From: Paracoccaceae bacterium
GTDB lineage: Bacteria; Pseudomonadota; Alphaproteobacteria; Rhodobacterales; Rhodobacteraceae
DNA length: 64,000 bases
Reading direction: 5' to 3'
Assembly: GCA_965116115.1 (NCBI GenBank)
Contig: OZ220486.1
Location: 2,144,808 to 2,208,807 of the forward strand
The position numbers and the translations under genes were made by a program. Position 1 is the first letter of the stretch. The number at the start of each line of letters is the position of its first letter. The notes under the pieces were generated by a model, which worked only from the letters and a program-made list of their open reading frames with translations, had not been told where the DNA came from and did no database searches. Below are positions 21,063 through 31,195 of the stretch, piece by piece.

Positions 21063-21540
21063 GAAAGGCCGTGCCTTACACCCTTCATAACGTGCATTGC
21101 GTAGGGTCTTGATAAACTGGCACATATCCAAGTGATCAAACCAAGCGTTCCTTCTCACTGGTTTGATAAAGCGCTGGACTGTGCGATAAACCGCGAAAGG
21201 GCTTCGCGTCTCGAAGTTCGGTCCAGGGCGCTGGCAGTGCGGTAGAATTCAATCCTCGCGAGAAGCCCTGCGGATGTAGCCGGAGACGGTATCCGCCGCC
21301 ATCTCAAGCACACTACTGAGTAAATGGATCAATTTAGTGTCTGTCAGAAAACCCCTGTTTTCGGCGGCGTCGGCTCGGCGCGGCCGGGCCGCCATCCGGC
21401 GCCGGATCCGGGCTCCTGAAGCACGCCGGACGGCGGAAATTCATTGCTGAAATCGGGTTTGCGTGCCGCCGGAGCACGGCTGACCGCCCCCGGCTTCAGA
21501 GACCCGGGAGAACACTGTTATTTCGATGAAGGGGGGGGGG

Positions 21541-22909
21541 TCAGGCGGCGCGTCGTCGCAATCGCTTCCTGTTCCGCGTCTGCCGTCTTTTCCGCAGAAG
21601 GCTTCCGAGCCGGCAGCAGTTCGCGGCCAGCGCCCGCTGAGGCCGCGGTGCGGGCGAAGCCGTTGCGGCCATGGCCCCGGATCCGGTCGAGACCGCGGCG
21701 TTTGAGATGATTGATCGCTGATTCAACCGCCGGATGCTGACGGCGGGCCTCGGCGAAGCCGGGCTCCGACTGCCGCTCCCGCTCCGCCTTCGAAAGATAC
21801 CCCTTCTTCGGCAGCGCGTTCAGATCAAGCATCGCAGCCGGTTCCCGGCGGTTCTCCGGGCTGGGAAAGCCGCGGTCGAAACCGCAGGCCCGGAGTTCCG
21901 GAAACCGCTCCTGCGCCGCCGCGACGACCGGAACGGCATGGTGAACATCAGAACCTTACTGCATAATCGCATGACAGTTATGAACTGATGCTGATCCTCG
22001 ACGACAGCTGTCGGAACTACTGGCTCTGCCGGCGAGCCGGCCTTGCCCTCAGTGATCCAGCGCACATTCGGCTCGAAAATCGAGAACACCTTCTCGTTCT
22101 GCGGTATCGTCTCCCCCCGGAGCAGGCGGCGGCTGACCTGGTCGATCTGCCGCCGCCGAGTGCGGACGCCGTGAAACCGCCGCCGCAGAACTTCCTGAAG
22201 ATGCGCGCTCTGCCACTGGTCGGGAACGCCGCGCCGGCAAGCCTCCCGCGCCGTCTCCCGCACTATGCGGCGCACCGCATCCATGAGAAGATTCACATCC
22301 GTCGGAAAATGAACATCCGTCTCAACGCAAAAACTGTCAACGCGACCGCGCAACGCGGCACCGGGCTTTTTCCGGCGACCTCATGGCCGCTCGCTGCCAG
22401 CAGCTTGCCGACGCGCGCCGGCATCCGCGGCATCAGAAGCGAAACATCATCGACAAGCGTCTGCATCTCATACCCGCCGCAGTCGAAGACATCGTCATGG
22501 CCGAGCATCGCGCGGATCAGCTTGTGGTTGTCAACCAAACTCTGAAGCCGGTCGAAATCGCAGTCAGTCCCCTGTTTGAGAACGCCGATCATGAGAATCG
22601 GCTGGAAGCTGTCCCCGGACGACCGTCAGGCTGGTCGACATCGACGAAGAATTCCTCGTCGAAAATCCGCTGAAGGTCGCGCTGGCGATTGACATAAAGA
22701 TGCTGCAGGCCCCTGAGCGCATTCTCGATGTCATCCCGCGACTTCAGATCAATCTTCAAAGTTTCGATAGACTTCGTGCCGAGGCGGGCCGGTTTGATCA
22801 GGCGGCGCATACCGTCCTCCCGGTGAAATAAGCGGCGAAGATTGCCCCGATCGGGGCTTAATCGCCGGATGTTCAGCGGAAAAGCTGATTCTTTACAACC
22901 GGAAAACAC
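21541..22909 (-). pseudogene. ISNCY-like DDE transposase, at least 4 frame breaks
   Basis: Consecutive pieces lie in ORFs 22589..22909 (KIDLKSRDDIENALRGLQHLY), 22293..22592 (LVDNHKLIRAMLGHDD...YEMQTLVDDV), 21820..22353 (RGRVDSFCVETDVHFPTDVNLLMDA), 21518..21832 (ESAINHLKRRGLDRIRGHG) and 21541..21726. Confidence 0.6.
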
Positions 22910-23145
22910 CTCAAAATACTAAAAATGATAAGCAAAAAACTTTTCAGGCAGGCACTATTTCGGCGGTTTGCAGGAACATTTTGGTCGAGATCGGCAGTTG
23001 GACGACGTTGCTGAACTGCCTCATCCCTGCCCGCTTTGTCCCTCGGCAACAAAAACAACCTTGAGCGGCCGCTTGACCGCCGTTCATACACTTATGTAAG
23101 AAACCGCTTATCGAATTTTGCCTTTTGAAGAGATGTAACTCCGCG

Positions 23146-26139
23146 ATGACGGCTCCGAAGATTTTTGATTCCTGCCACCCGCGCCCCGACGTTCTGGATG
23201 GCACTTTGTCAGAGGCCGATTTCGCGGCCGACTTGGCGCAAGTGGTTTCCGGTAAGGGACCGGCCGAATATACGAATCCGGCACGGTTTTTTGCCAACAC
23301 CTACCCGACAAGAGGGTTAAAAGACCTTTTGAAGAATGTCTGCGCCCGGTTGAACGGCGCCGGCAGTGAAGCCGCGTCAATTTTCCGTCTCGACACATCC
23401 TATGGCGGCGGAAAATCGCACGGTCTGATTGCGCTCTGCCATGCCGCTCGCCGTGGCTCCGAGTTGCAGGAACTTTCCCGTTTCGTCGATCCCGAAATGA
23501 TTCCCCGGGACCGTGTGCGCATTGCCGCCTTTGACGGCGAGAACGCAGACCCGGCTAACGGCCGTCGTATGGGCGCAGGTCATCTCGCCTATACGCCATG
23601 GGGTGAGATCGCTTGGTCGCTGGCCGGCGCCGAAGGTTATGAGCGGGTCCGCCTGAGCGATATGAAACGAGTCGCTCCAGGCGCCGAGACGCTGCGCGAG
23701 CTGTTTGGCGGCGAACCGACGCTGATCCTTTTAGATGAACTTTCTGTCTACCTGCGCAAGGCGGCCGCTCTCGGCCAGGCTCGCGAACAGCTGACCGCTT
23801 TCTTGACATCTCTGTTCAGGGCCGTGGAGGGTGAGCCAAACGCAGCTCTCGTCTTCACTCTGGCGATCGGCAAGGACGGGCGGGCAGGTGACGCTTATCG
23901 TGAAGAAAACGAGTTCATCTTCGACATCATGGCGGAGGCAGAGAGCGTGTCGGCGCGTAAGGCGACGTTGTTGAATCCCACCGAAGAAGACGAGACGATT
24001 CAAGTGCTTCGCCGCCGCCTGTTCGAATCCATTAACGACGCGGCCGCAGCCGCCGCGGCAGAGGCTTACCTGGCGCAGTGGAGGGCTCATTCTCAGGCCT
24101 TGCCGGAAAAAGTCGCACGGGCTGAGGCCGGCGCGGAGTTCCGTTCGAGTTACCCCCTTCATCCCGAGGTGCTTGACGTCCTGAAGGCCAAGACGGCGAC
24201 GCTCGGCAATTTCCAGCGAGTTCGGGGAATGCTGAGGCTGCTGGCCCGCACCGTGGCCCATTTATGGAAGCAGCGGCCTGCTGACGCGACAGCCATCCAC
24301 CTGCACCACATTGATCCCGGCCATGAACCCATACGCCAAGAGATTGTGACGCGCCTCGGCCAGTCTCAGTTCGCGCCTGCGATTTCCAATGACGTGTCCG
24401 GAGGGTCAGCGGACAAAGCAGCGCTCGCTGAGGAAATTGATAACGGGCATTACGGGCGAATGCCGCCATACGCTTCCTATGTGGCCCGCACCATCTTCAT
24501 GCACACGCTGGCATTCAACGATCCTCTGAAAGGGGTATCAGCGGAACGGCTGCGTTACTCGGTTCTTTGCCCGGCAACGGACATCAGCTTCATTGATGAT
24601 GCGCAGAAGAAATTCATCGCGGATTCCGCCTATCTGGACGACCGTCCCGGGGCGACGATGCGTTTTGCGGCCGAGGCCAACCTTCAAAAAATGATACGCA
24701 ATACGCAAGATGGCATCGACGCCGGGGAGACGCGGGCGGAACTGAACGACCGGATCCGCACCATATTCAACGGCAGAACGCTGTGTGCGGTGCCATTTCC
24801 CGGCGGTCCGTTCGATGTAGCTGACGATGTCGCGGACGGGCGTCCGAAGCTGGTCATTCTCGGTTACGAGGCTGTGACAGTGGGCGAATCGGAAGATTCC
24901 GTTCCGGAGCTGATCCGGCGCATCTACAAGAGGAAGGGATCGGACAGCTCTGCGCTGCGCATGCTTCGCAACAATCTTGTCTTTGTGGCCGCCGATGAGG
25001 CGCGCAAGGAAAACATGCGCCGCAATGCCCGCCGCCGGCTGGCGCTGCGCGAGTTGAAGAAGCCGGAACGCTTGGTCGAATTAGCGCAGCACCAACAGGA
25101 AAAAGTCCGTGAGGAGGAAGCGCGCTCAGAGCAGGAACTCGCGCTTGCCGTTCAGCAATGCTACCGGCATGTATACTATCCGTCGCGTAACAGCAGCTCC
25201 GGCGGCGTAGATCTGGCGCATACAGCCATCGATATGCCCTCGGCCTCCGAAAGACCGGGCACGGGGCAGCAACAGGTCGTGCAGGCTTTACGGCGTCTGA
25301 ACAAGCTTCGCCTTTCAGAGGATAAACCGGATTCTCCGACTTATGTGCGCGACCGGACGCCTCTCAAAAAGGGACCAATGACGACGCTGTCGTTGCGCGA
25401 TGAATTCCGTCGTGACCCTGCGTTGACAATACTTGTAGGCGACGGCATCTTTGTTCGCGGCGTGAAGCAAGGCATCGAGCAGGGCGAGTACGTGTACCGC
25501 CGTGGAGAACTGCTTTGCGGGCAAGGCGATCCGGAGGTCGAGATCGAAATCGATGAGCAGTCAACGGTCCTGACAACAGCCTATGCGAAAAATAAGGGAA
25601 TTTGGCCACGACCACCGTTACCGCCACGTCCCAAGAAAAAACCTGAAGACAAAAATGGGGGTAACGACAAACCCCCGGGCCCAGACGGCCCTGAACCGGA
25701 TTCGTTTTATGCCGAGGGGCCTCTCCCAGAAGCGCTCGTGTGTATTTGGGACCAAGCCCGTGCGAAAAAAACCGAGTCCATCGCCGTAATGACCGTTCGC
25801 ATGTTCGAGGCCGGCGACGCCTTCCGGCTTCTCGGTGCTGTCAATGCAGTCCAAGGAGCGAAGCCTATTGTCACGCTGGAAGGCGGTTACGAGACCCAAG
25901 ACAACGGTACTCTCGAATTGGATTTCCGGGGGCCGGTTTCCGACGCGCAGCCGCTCCGGGAATTCTTGGAGCCGCAGTTACGGGCCGCCGTTTCGCAGAA
26001 TCTTAAAGCGGGATTTGAGTTGACCTACGAGAACGGTTTGCCGATGAAAGGCGACGCTGCGGAAAAACTGACCGAACGGCTCACCCGGTTCGCGCGCGGT
26101 GCGGCATTTGTTACGGCCATAGCGAAGGCGAGGACGTAA
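23146..26139 (+). CDS. DUF499-family ATPase (BrxC/PglY-like)
   Basis: About 997 aa from the ATG at 23146. N-terminus is KIFDSCHPRPDVLDGTLSEADFAADLAQV. P-loop is RLDTSYGGGKSHGLIAL and Walker B is PTLILLDELSVYL. The overall layout is typical of DUF499 proteins. Confidence 0.8.
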   Translation: MTAPKIFDSCHPRPDVLDGTLSEADFAADLAQVVSGKGPAEYTNPARFFANTYPTRGLKDLLKNVCARLNGAGSEAASIFRLDTSYGGGKSHGLIALCHAARRGSELQELSRFVDPEMIPRDRVRIAAFDGENADPANGRRMGAGHLAYTPWGEIAWSLAGAEGYERVRLSDMKRVAPGAETLRELFGGEPTLILLDELSVYLRKAAALGQAREQLTAFLTSLFRAVEGEPNAALVFTLAIGKDGRAGDAYREENEFIFDIMAEAESVSARKATLLNPTEEDETIQVLRRRLFESINDAAAAAAAEAYLAQWRAHSQALPEKVARAEAGAEFRSSYPLHPEVLDVLKAKTATLGNFQRVRGMLRLLARTVAHLWKQRPADATAIHLHHIDPGHEPIRQEIVTRLGQSQFAPAISNDVSGGSADKAALAEEIDNGHYGRMPPYASYVARTIFMHTLAFNDPLKGVSAERLRYSVLCPATDISFIDDAQKKFIADSAYLDDRPGATMRFAAEANLQKMIRNTQDGIDAGETRAELNDRIRTIFNGRTLCAVPFPGGPFDVADDVADGRPKLVILGYEAVTVGESEDSVPELIRRIYKRKGSDSSALRMLRNNLVFVAADEARKENMRRNARRRLALRELKKPERLVELAQHQQEKVREEEARSEQELALAVQQCYRHVYYPSRNSSSGGVDLAHTAIDMPSASERPGTGQQQVVQALRRLNKLRLSEDKPDSPTYVRDRTPLKKGPMTTLSLRDEFRRDPALTILVGDGIFVRGVKQGIEQGEYVYRRGELLCGQGDPEVEIEIDEQSTVLTTAYAKNKGIWPRPPLPPRPKKKPEDKNGGNDKPPGPDGPEPDSFYAEGPLPEALVCIWDQARAKKTESIAVMTVRMFEAGDAFRLLGAVNAVQGAKPIVTLEGGYETQDNGTLELDFRGPVSDAQPLREFLEPQLRAAVSQNLKAGFELTYENGLPMKGDAAEKLTERLTRFARGAAFVTAIAKART

Positions 26140-26664
26140 ATGGCGCGGCTGGATCGGGTGTCGGATGCGGAGACGCCCGCGCTTTCACCGCGCTACGAAT
26201 TGCGGGTGCGGCGTCATGGGCCGGCAGACTCCTCCTATGAGGTTTGGCAGCTGCCGTCAGCTGCCTCGCCGCATTTGTCCTGTGCGCAGCGTGTCGCCGG
26301 GCTGCGGGGCCGCAATCTCGACTTTGTCGAGCACCGGGTGCTGAGAAGGCTGTCACAGGCCGGCATCCGACTGGGACAGCATAAGGATGCGACGAAGCGC
26401 GGTTATATGCTTAGCGAAGACGCGGCACTCATACTGGGCCTGCTTTTCCGAGCTCTGGCGCCGATGCGCAGCCGTGCCAACATGCGGGCCGTAACGGAAG
26501 GTATCGAGGCGATGGGCCGCGAAGAGGCGGCTTACTGGCTGGGCATGGCCATGCACCGCAGGAACCCCCGGAGGGTTTTAACGGCTCTCAGGTGCCTTTT
26601 GACGGAGCCGAAGCGGCGGCACCAATGCCGCAGAACAAGTTCAGAGAAAAAACCTAATGGATAA
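26140..26664 (+). CDS. Small conserved-partner-like protein (possibly the DUF3780-type protein that accompanies DUF499/DUF1156 genes)
   Basis: 174 aa. The start abuts the DUF499 stop (TAAATG) and the stop overlaps the next start (TAATG). The family assignment is from memory of the gene neighbourhood only. Confidence 0.55.
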   Translation: MARLDRVSDAETPALSPRYELRVRRHGPADSSYEVWQLPSAASPHLSCAQRVAGLRGRNLDFVEHRVLRRLSQAGIRLGQHKDATKRGYMLSEDAALILGLLFRALAPMRSRANMRAVTEGIEAMGREEAAYWLGMAMHRRNPRRVLTALRCLLTEPKRRHQCRRTSSEKKPNG

Positions 26665-27184
26665 AGAGACGCTTGGTCTATCCAATAATGACGAAGAACC
26701 GGAAGGTCTGGATCAAGACAGCGTGTCGTGGGGAGACTATCCGCTTGATGACCTCTTGATCAGATACGAGAGCCGGACAGTCCATGACGTTATCCGACGC
26801 ATCGACCAGTCCAACTATGTCATGGATCCGGACTTCCAGCGAGACTTTATCTGGCCGGAAGATAAACAAAGCAAACTCATTGAGTCAGTGATCATGCGTA
26901 TACCTTTGCCTGTTTTCTATATGGCAGAGGACGATCGAGGACGCATGGTTGTGGTGGACGGTTTGCAGCGCCTTTCGACTTTCCATCGCTTTGTCAAGGA
27001 TGAGTTGAGATTAGAACTTCCCGCTAGGGAGGCGATCAATGGCAGGAGATTCAAGGATCTGCCGCCCAAGATCCAGAATCGTGTCGAGGACTGTAATCTC
27101 ATTTTTTATGTCATCGATTCGAAGGTGCCGGAACGTGCCCGGCTGGATATATTCGAAAGGGTCAACGGCGGCGTTCCTTTGACC
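26657..27184 (+). pseudogene. DUF262 (ParB-like/GmrSD N-terminal) domain protein, 3'-truncated by IS256 copy A
   Basis: DPDFQRDFIWPEDKQSKLIESVIMRIPLPVFY...VVVDGLQRLSTF (a DGQQR-type motif). The native reading frame ends at the IS terminus at 27185. No C-terminal nuclease domain is left. Confidence 0.75.
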
Positions 27185-28619
27185 GGGAATGTCCCGCTTG
27201 ATGTTGAAACCCGCAGGAGCGATGCTGCCTGTCGGCTATCTACGCGGCGTCCTTGAGCCGGTCAAGCCGATCCTTTCGACGATGTTCGATGAGAGCCTGC
27301 TTGAGAACGGGCAGCTGCCTGTAAGCCTTGATGCGGCGGAAACCCTTCTCGGCCGCTGTCATGCCGGCGGCGGGCTGTCGCAGAGCCATCCCGGCGTTCC
27401 TCCAGCGCTTCACGTTGCGGCAGACCTGCCGGACCGTGCTGTTCATCGATTCGATGATGTTCGTGCTCGCCAGCGACCGCCGCAGCTCTGACGGCAGGCC
27501 GAGCCGGGAGACGGTCAGGACCTCGTCCAAGCCCTCAAGTATCGACCGGGAGACGTCCGGAGCCTCCTGTTCGAACCGCTGAGCCAGGCTGCGCATCAGC
27601 CGCTCGGCCTTGTCGGCGTCATCAAGTTCCCAGGCTTGCCTGAGCGTCCGCCGCACGCCGGCGTGATGTTCCGCGGCGAGACGGTCGATGATGTTGCGGC
27701 CCTTGTGAACCTGACAGCGCTGAATAGGGATGTCCGCGCCGAAAGTGCGCCGGATCGCCTTGCTGAGCGCCCTGGCTCCGTCGACGATGAACAGATAACA
27801 GCCCTTCGGATCAAGCCCGCGCCGGATCAGATCATCAAGCAGAGCCTGCACGGTCGCGGCGTTCTCCGTCGCGCCTTCGATGACGACTGGGGGGCGCTTA
27901 CGCCCCGACGCGTCAATGCCGACGGCCCCGATCATCAGCAGGCGGTCGCTCATATGCAGCCCGTCGATCTGAACCGCGACGAGATCAAGCTCCGACAGAT
28001 CGGAAGTCATCCATTCATCAAACTTCGCCTGCGTCAACGCCTTGAACCGGCGGGACACGGCCGATTTCGACAGCCCGCAGCCCGCCCCGCAGGGAACCCC
28101 GGCCTCCGGAATCCTCACCGCCCGGCGGAACTTGCGGGTCGCTGCGCTCGCGGTCATCAAGTTCACCGCCCATCGGTCGAGATAACCGTCCGCGGAGATT
28201 TCTTACTGGCTCGGCAGAGACATCTCCTTGCCCGCAGCCTTGCAGCGGAGACGCGGACGGTCGATGCCGACCTTGCCGCCGTGAAACCCGACCTGGGAAC
28301 GCGTATGTCCCCAGCGGTGCCCCGGCTTGTCGGGAGAATGACTGTGACGTTTCCCGGCCAGCCGTTCGGCGTCCTCGTCCATCATCTGCCGCAGATACGC
28401 GATGCCCGTCGTCAGGCAGAATTTCTCGAAACTCTCGGTCACGTCTTCGTACGCCTCTTCGACGAGCGCGTTGATGTTCGGAGCGCTGGCGGAGGCGCCG
28501 GGGAATGTGCTAACGGTTTTCATGGTGTTGCTTCCTTTTCTTCAAAAAATCCCCGAGCTGATTCTCGGGGGAGAGGCAACACCGCCCATATCAAATTCAA
28601 CATCAAGTGGGACATCCCC
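27185..28619 (-). mobile_element. IS256-family element copy A (1435 bp), transposase interrupted by an in-frame TAA, no target-site duplication
   Basis: Termini are gggaatgtcccgcttgatgttgaa and (reverse complement) ggggatgtcccacttgatgttgaa. ORFs 28203..28523 and 27240..28166 together equal the intact 427-aa transposase of copy C, except for SQ* versus SWE at codons 105-107. Flanks are cctttgacc and gggagatta. Confidence 0.9.
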
Positions 28620-28704
28620 GGGAGATTAGCCGTGTTAGCGTTGTGCTTGTGGGGAATTTAATCCAGAGATTTTTACCCCCGCGTGGTTTGCATTAAACGG
28701 TCTT

Positions 28705-29215
28705 TTGCCGAAGAGTGCCGCCGAGACAGCCGAAATTAGGATTGCGCATCATCAGGCATCCAGTTTCTGCACTGAATGGCTCCAGCTTGATGCCGCCCCC
28801 GACCGTTTCCAGGCCGCGACTCAATCGGCCCCGAATATCCGGGTCCGTGACTTTGTGTTACGTGCCTTCAAGGAGCAACTCGTCCACACTCCCATCAAGG
28901 CGCTCGGAATCAATCGTGATGCGCATTTTCGTGCACCAAACCAGAGTGCCCGGAATCATGTTGGCAGAGTGTTGGCACCGGTGGAACCATGACTTCCTTG
29001 CACTGAGGAACTCGGCTTGGGACTGGACAGCGAAAACGGCGGGATGCGGTCCTTGACTATGGTGGATACTCAGCCCGAAGGCCGGCCACCGGGAGGACAG
29101 ATCAGTGTTACGGTGGAACCGTCTCAACGAATCGGCAACGGAATCACAGGGATATATGTGGGTACCAACGATCACTACGCAGTTGACTTAACTGATGCCA
29201 AAGGTAGGGCTATCG
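28705..29215 (+). pseudogene. Orphan gene, frameshifted and then split by ISAs1 (last codons at 30448..30482)
   Basis: ORFs 28705..28992 and 29017..29271 are in different frames. Reading continues across the ISAs1 insertion (..HYAVDLTDAKG / SAHNCWGF*). No family was recognised. Confidence 0.35.
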
Positions 29216-30447
29216 CTTTTGAATTTTTCTGCTTTTCAGTCAGCTTTTTTGTTCCATCAATGCCTCAATAATACAAACAGAGGCAAGCAGATGACTGATT
29301 TATCTCATATTTTCAATGGCATCACCGATCCCCGGCGCAGCAACGCCATCCGGCATGACCTTCACGAAATACTCATGATCGCTTTTCTGACTGTCATGTC
29401 GGGAGGAGAAACATGCACCGATACAGTCGAATTCGCTGAAATCAAGAAGAAATTCCTGCTTGAGTTCATGGATCTGAAGCACGGCACGCCGAGTCACGAC
29501 GCCTTTTCCGACCTGTTCAACAGTCTGAATCCGGTCGAGCTCGGCGTCGTTCTCTCGCGCCTTGCCGAGCTGGGCGGAGGGTCTGGCAGCAGCAGACGGG
29601 GACGGCGTCATCGCCGTCGACGGCAAGACTCTGCGCCGGTCATTCGCCGACGCTTCGAAGCGGCATCCTCTGCATCTCGTTCACGCTTTCGCCTCTGACA
29701 CGCGGCCAGCTCTCGCGCAGACCGCGGTCGACGGGAAGTCGAACGAGATCACCGCGATCCCTGCGCTTCTGAAGTTCCTCGACATCCGGGGGCGGACGGC
29801 AGCGGCTGACGCGATGCATGCGCAGCGGACGATATCGGAGGCCGTGAAGGACGGCGGGGGCGGGTATATTCTCGCCTTGAAGGGCAATCAGGGCAATCTG
29901 CACAAGGATGTGAAACGGTATATGGAGAACCCCGGTAATATTGAAAACATTCAGTTTTCCGAGACGCATAAGGAGAAGGGGCACAGCCGGATCGAAACCC
30001 GGCGGGCCGCGGTCTGCCATGATGTCGGCTGGCTGGAAAAGCTCCTACAGTCGGGTCTCGCCGCTGTCGGATCCGTCTCTTCGACCCGGGAAATCAAGGG
30101 AAAGCGCAGTGCCGAAACCCGGTATTTCATTATGAGTGAGAAGCGGGGTCCGGAGCGTTTTCTCAAGGGCGTGCGGGAATGCCTGGTCGGTGAAAACAGT
30201 CTGCACTGGGTACTCGATGTCACGATGAATGAAGATCATCTGCGAAACCGGACCGGACCCGGGCCGGAAAACCTGGCCGTGATGCGGCGGCTGTCTCTCA
30301 ACCTGGCGCGGGTCACGGAGGACAAGCAGGCTGAGTCAATGCGCGGCAAACTCAAGAAAGCCGGATGGGATCACCGCTATGCGCTGAAGCTCATCAGCTC
30401 CGCTGGAATGCTGCCGGAAAACTGGGAATCTCAAAAGCGATAGCCCT
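29216..30447 (+). mobile_element. Complete ISAs1-family element with 10-bp target duplication; transposase has one frameshift
   Basis: Terminal repeats are agggctatcg...cgatagccct. atgccaaagg is present on both flanks (29205-14 and 30448-57). The transposase starts at the ATG at 29291 (MTDLSHIFNGITDPRRSNAIRHDLHEIL) and continues in ORF 29562..30443 (VIAVDGKTLRRSF...ILALKGNQGNL). Confidence 0.85.
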
Positions 30448-30571
30448 ATGCCAAAGGGAGCGCACAATTGCTGGGGTTTCTAGAAAGCAATTTTAATGAT
30501 TCAATGCAGCGCAGCGATGGCATAATTGATCACATCATGTCATTAGCAGTGGATAAAGGAGGATAAGTTTT

Positions 30572-31195
30572 ATGAAACAATCAGTCAACTCCACTGCGAA
30601 CCGAAGGTTCAACCGGGTGCCGGGTGGAAATGGAAGTTCCCCTAGGAAGTTTCAGCATGGACAATCGGCATTCCGGGTGCCAGAAGTGAAGGCCGCAGTG
30701 GATCGGGCGTTGGCATCCGCCAAACATGCGAAACATATGACGACGCATGATTTGCGGGGCGGAAACTGTTTGTCTCCTGAGTCGCTTCTTGATCATACTC
30801 ATAGCCGTGATCGGGCCGTTCCAGCCGTTGATTTTCCTCCATTGGCAAAATCCGAGCCCCGCATGAGCACGCTCTATGCGTTGCAGGAATGGGAAGGATA
30901 TGTTGTTCAAATCGAAGCTGACGAATTCGTAGCACGCCTGGTCAATTTGACAGCAGGACATTCCCATGAGAGCCAAGAAGCGACTATCCCTCTAGTTGAA
31001 ATTTCCGAGTATGATATCTCCTGTATGACTGTCGGTAGTATTTTCCGCTGGGTGATCGGTTACGAACGTTCTCCCGAAGGAACGCAGAAGCGGGTATCGC
31101 AAATTGTTTTCCGGGATTTGCCCAGAATGACCGAAAGTGACTTTTCGGAAGGCAAAGCGTGGGCGCGAAAGATCGTACAAGCCATCAGCCCATGA
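30572..31195 (+). CDS. Orphan 207-aa protein (basic, probably disordered N-terminal half; compact C-terminal half)
   Basis: A strong SD (aaggagg) lies 8 nt upstream of the ATG at 30572. The stop overlaps the next start (ATGA). No motif was recognised. GC is about 50-55% by eye. Confidence 0.6.
   Translation: MKQSVNSTANRRFNRVPGGNGSSPRKFQHGQSAFRVPEVKAAVDRALASAKHAKHMTTHDLRGGNCLSPESLLDHTHSRDRAVPAVDFPPLAKSEPRMSTLYALQEWEGYVVQIEADEFVARLVNLTAGHSHESQEATIPLVEISEYDISCMTVGSIFRWVIGYERSPEGTQKRVSQIVFRDLPRMTESDFSEGKAWARKIVQAISP

Noticed and set aside
20517-21158. 213-aa ORF antisense to brnT/brnA
   Set aside because: The sense strand encodes two well-formed, overlapping TA genes, and the antisense product has no features.
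21531-21540. G10 homopolymer here and C12 homopolymer at 50021..50032, considered as phase-variation switches
   Set aside because: Both lie in transposase debris or unassigned DNA, not in an intact gene or obvious promoter. The flanks are unrelated to each other. Such tracts are also prone to assembly error.
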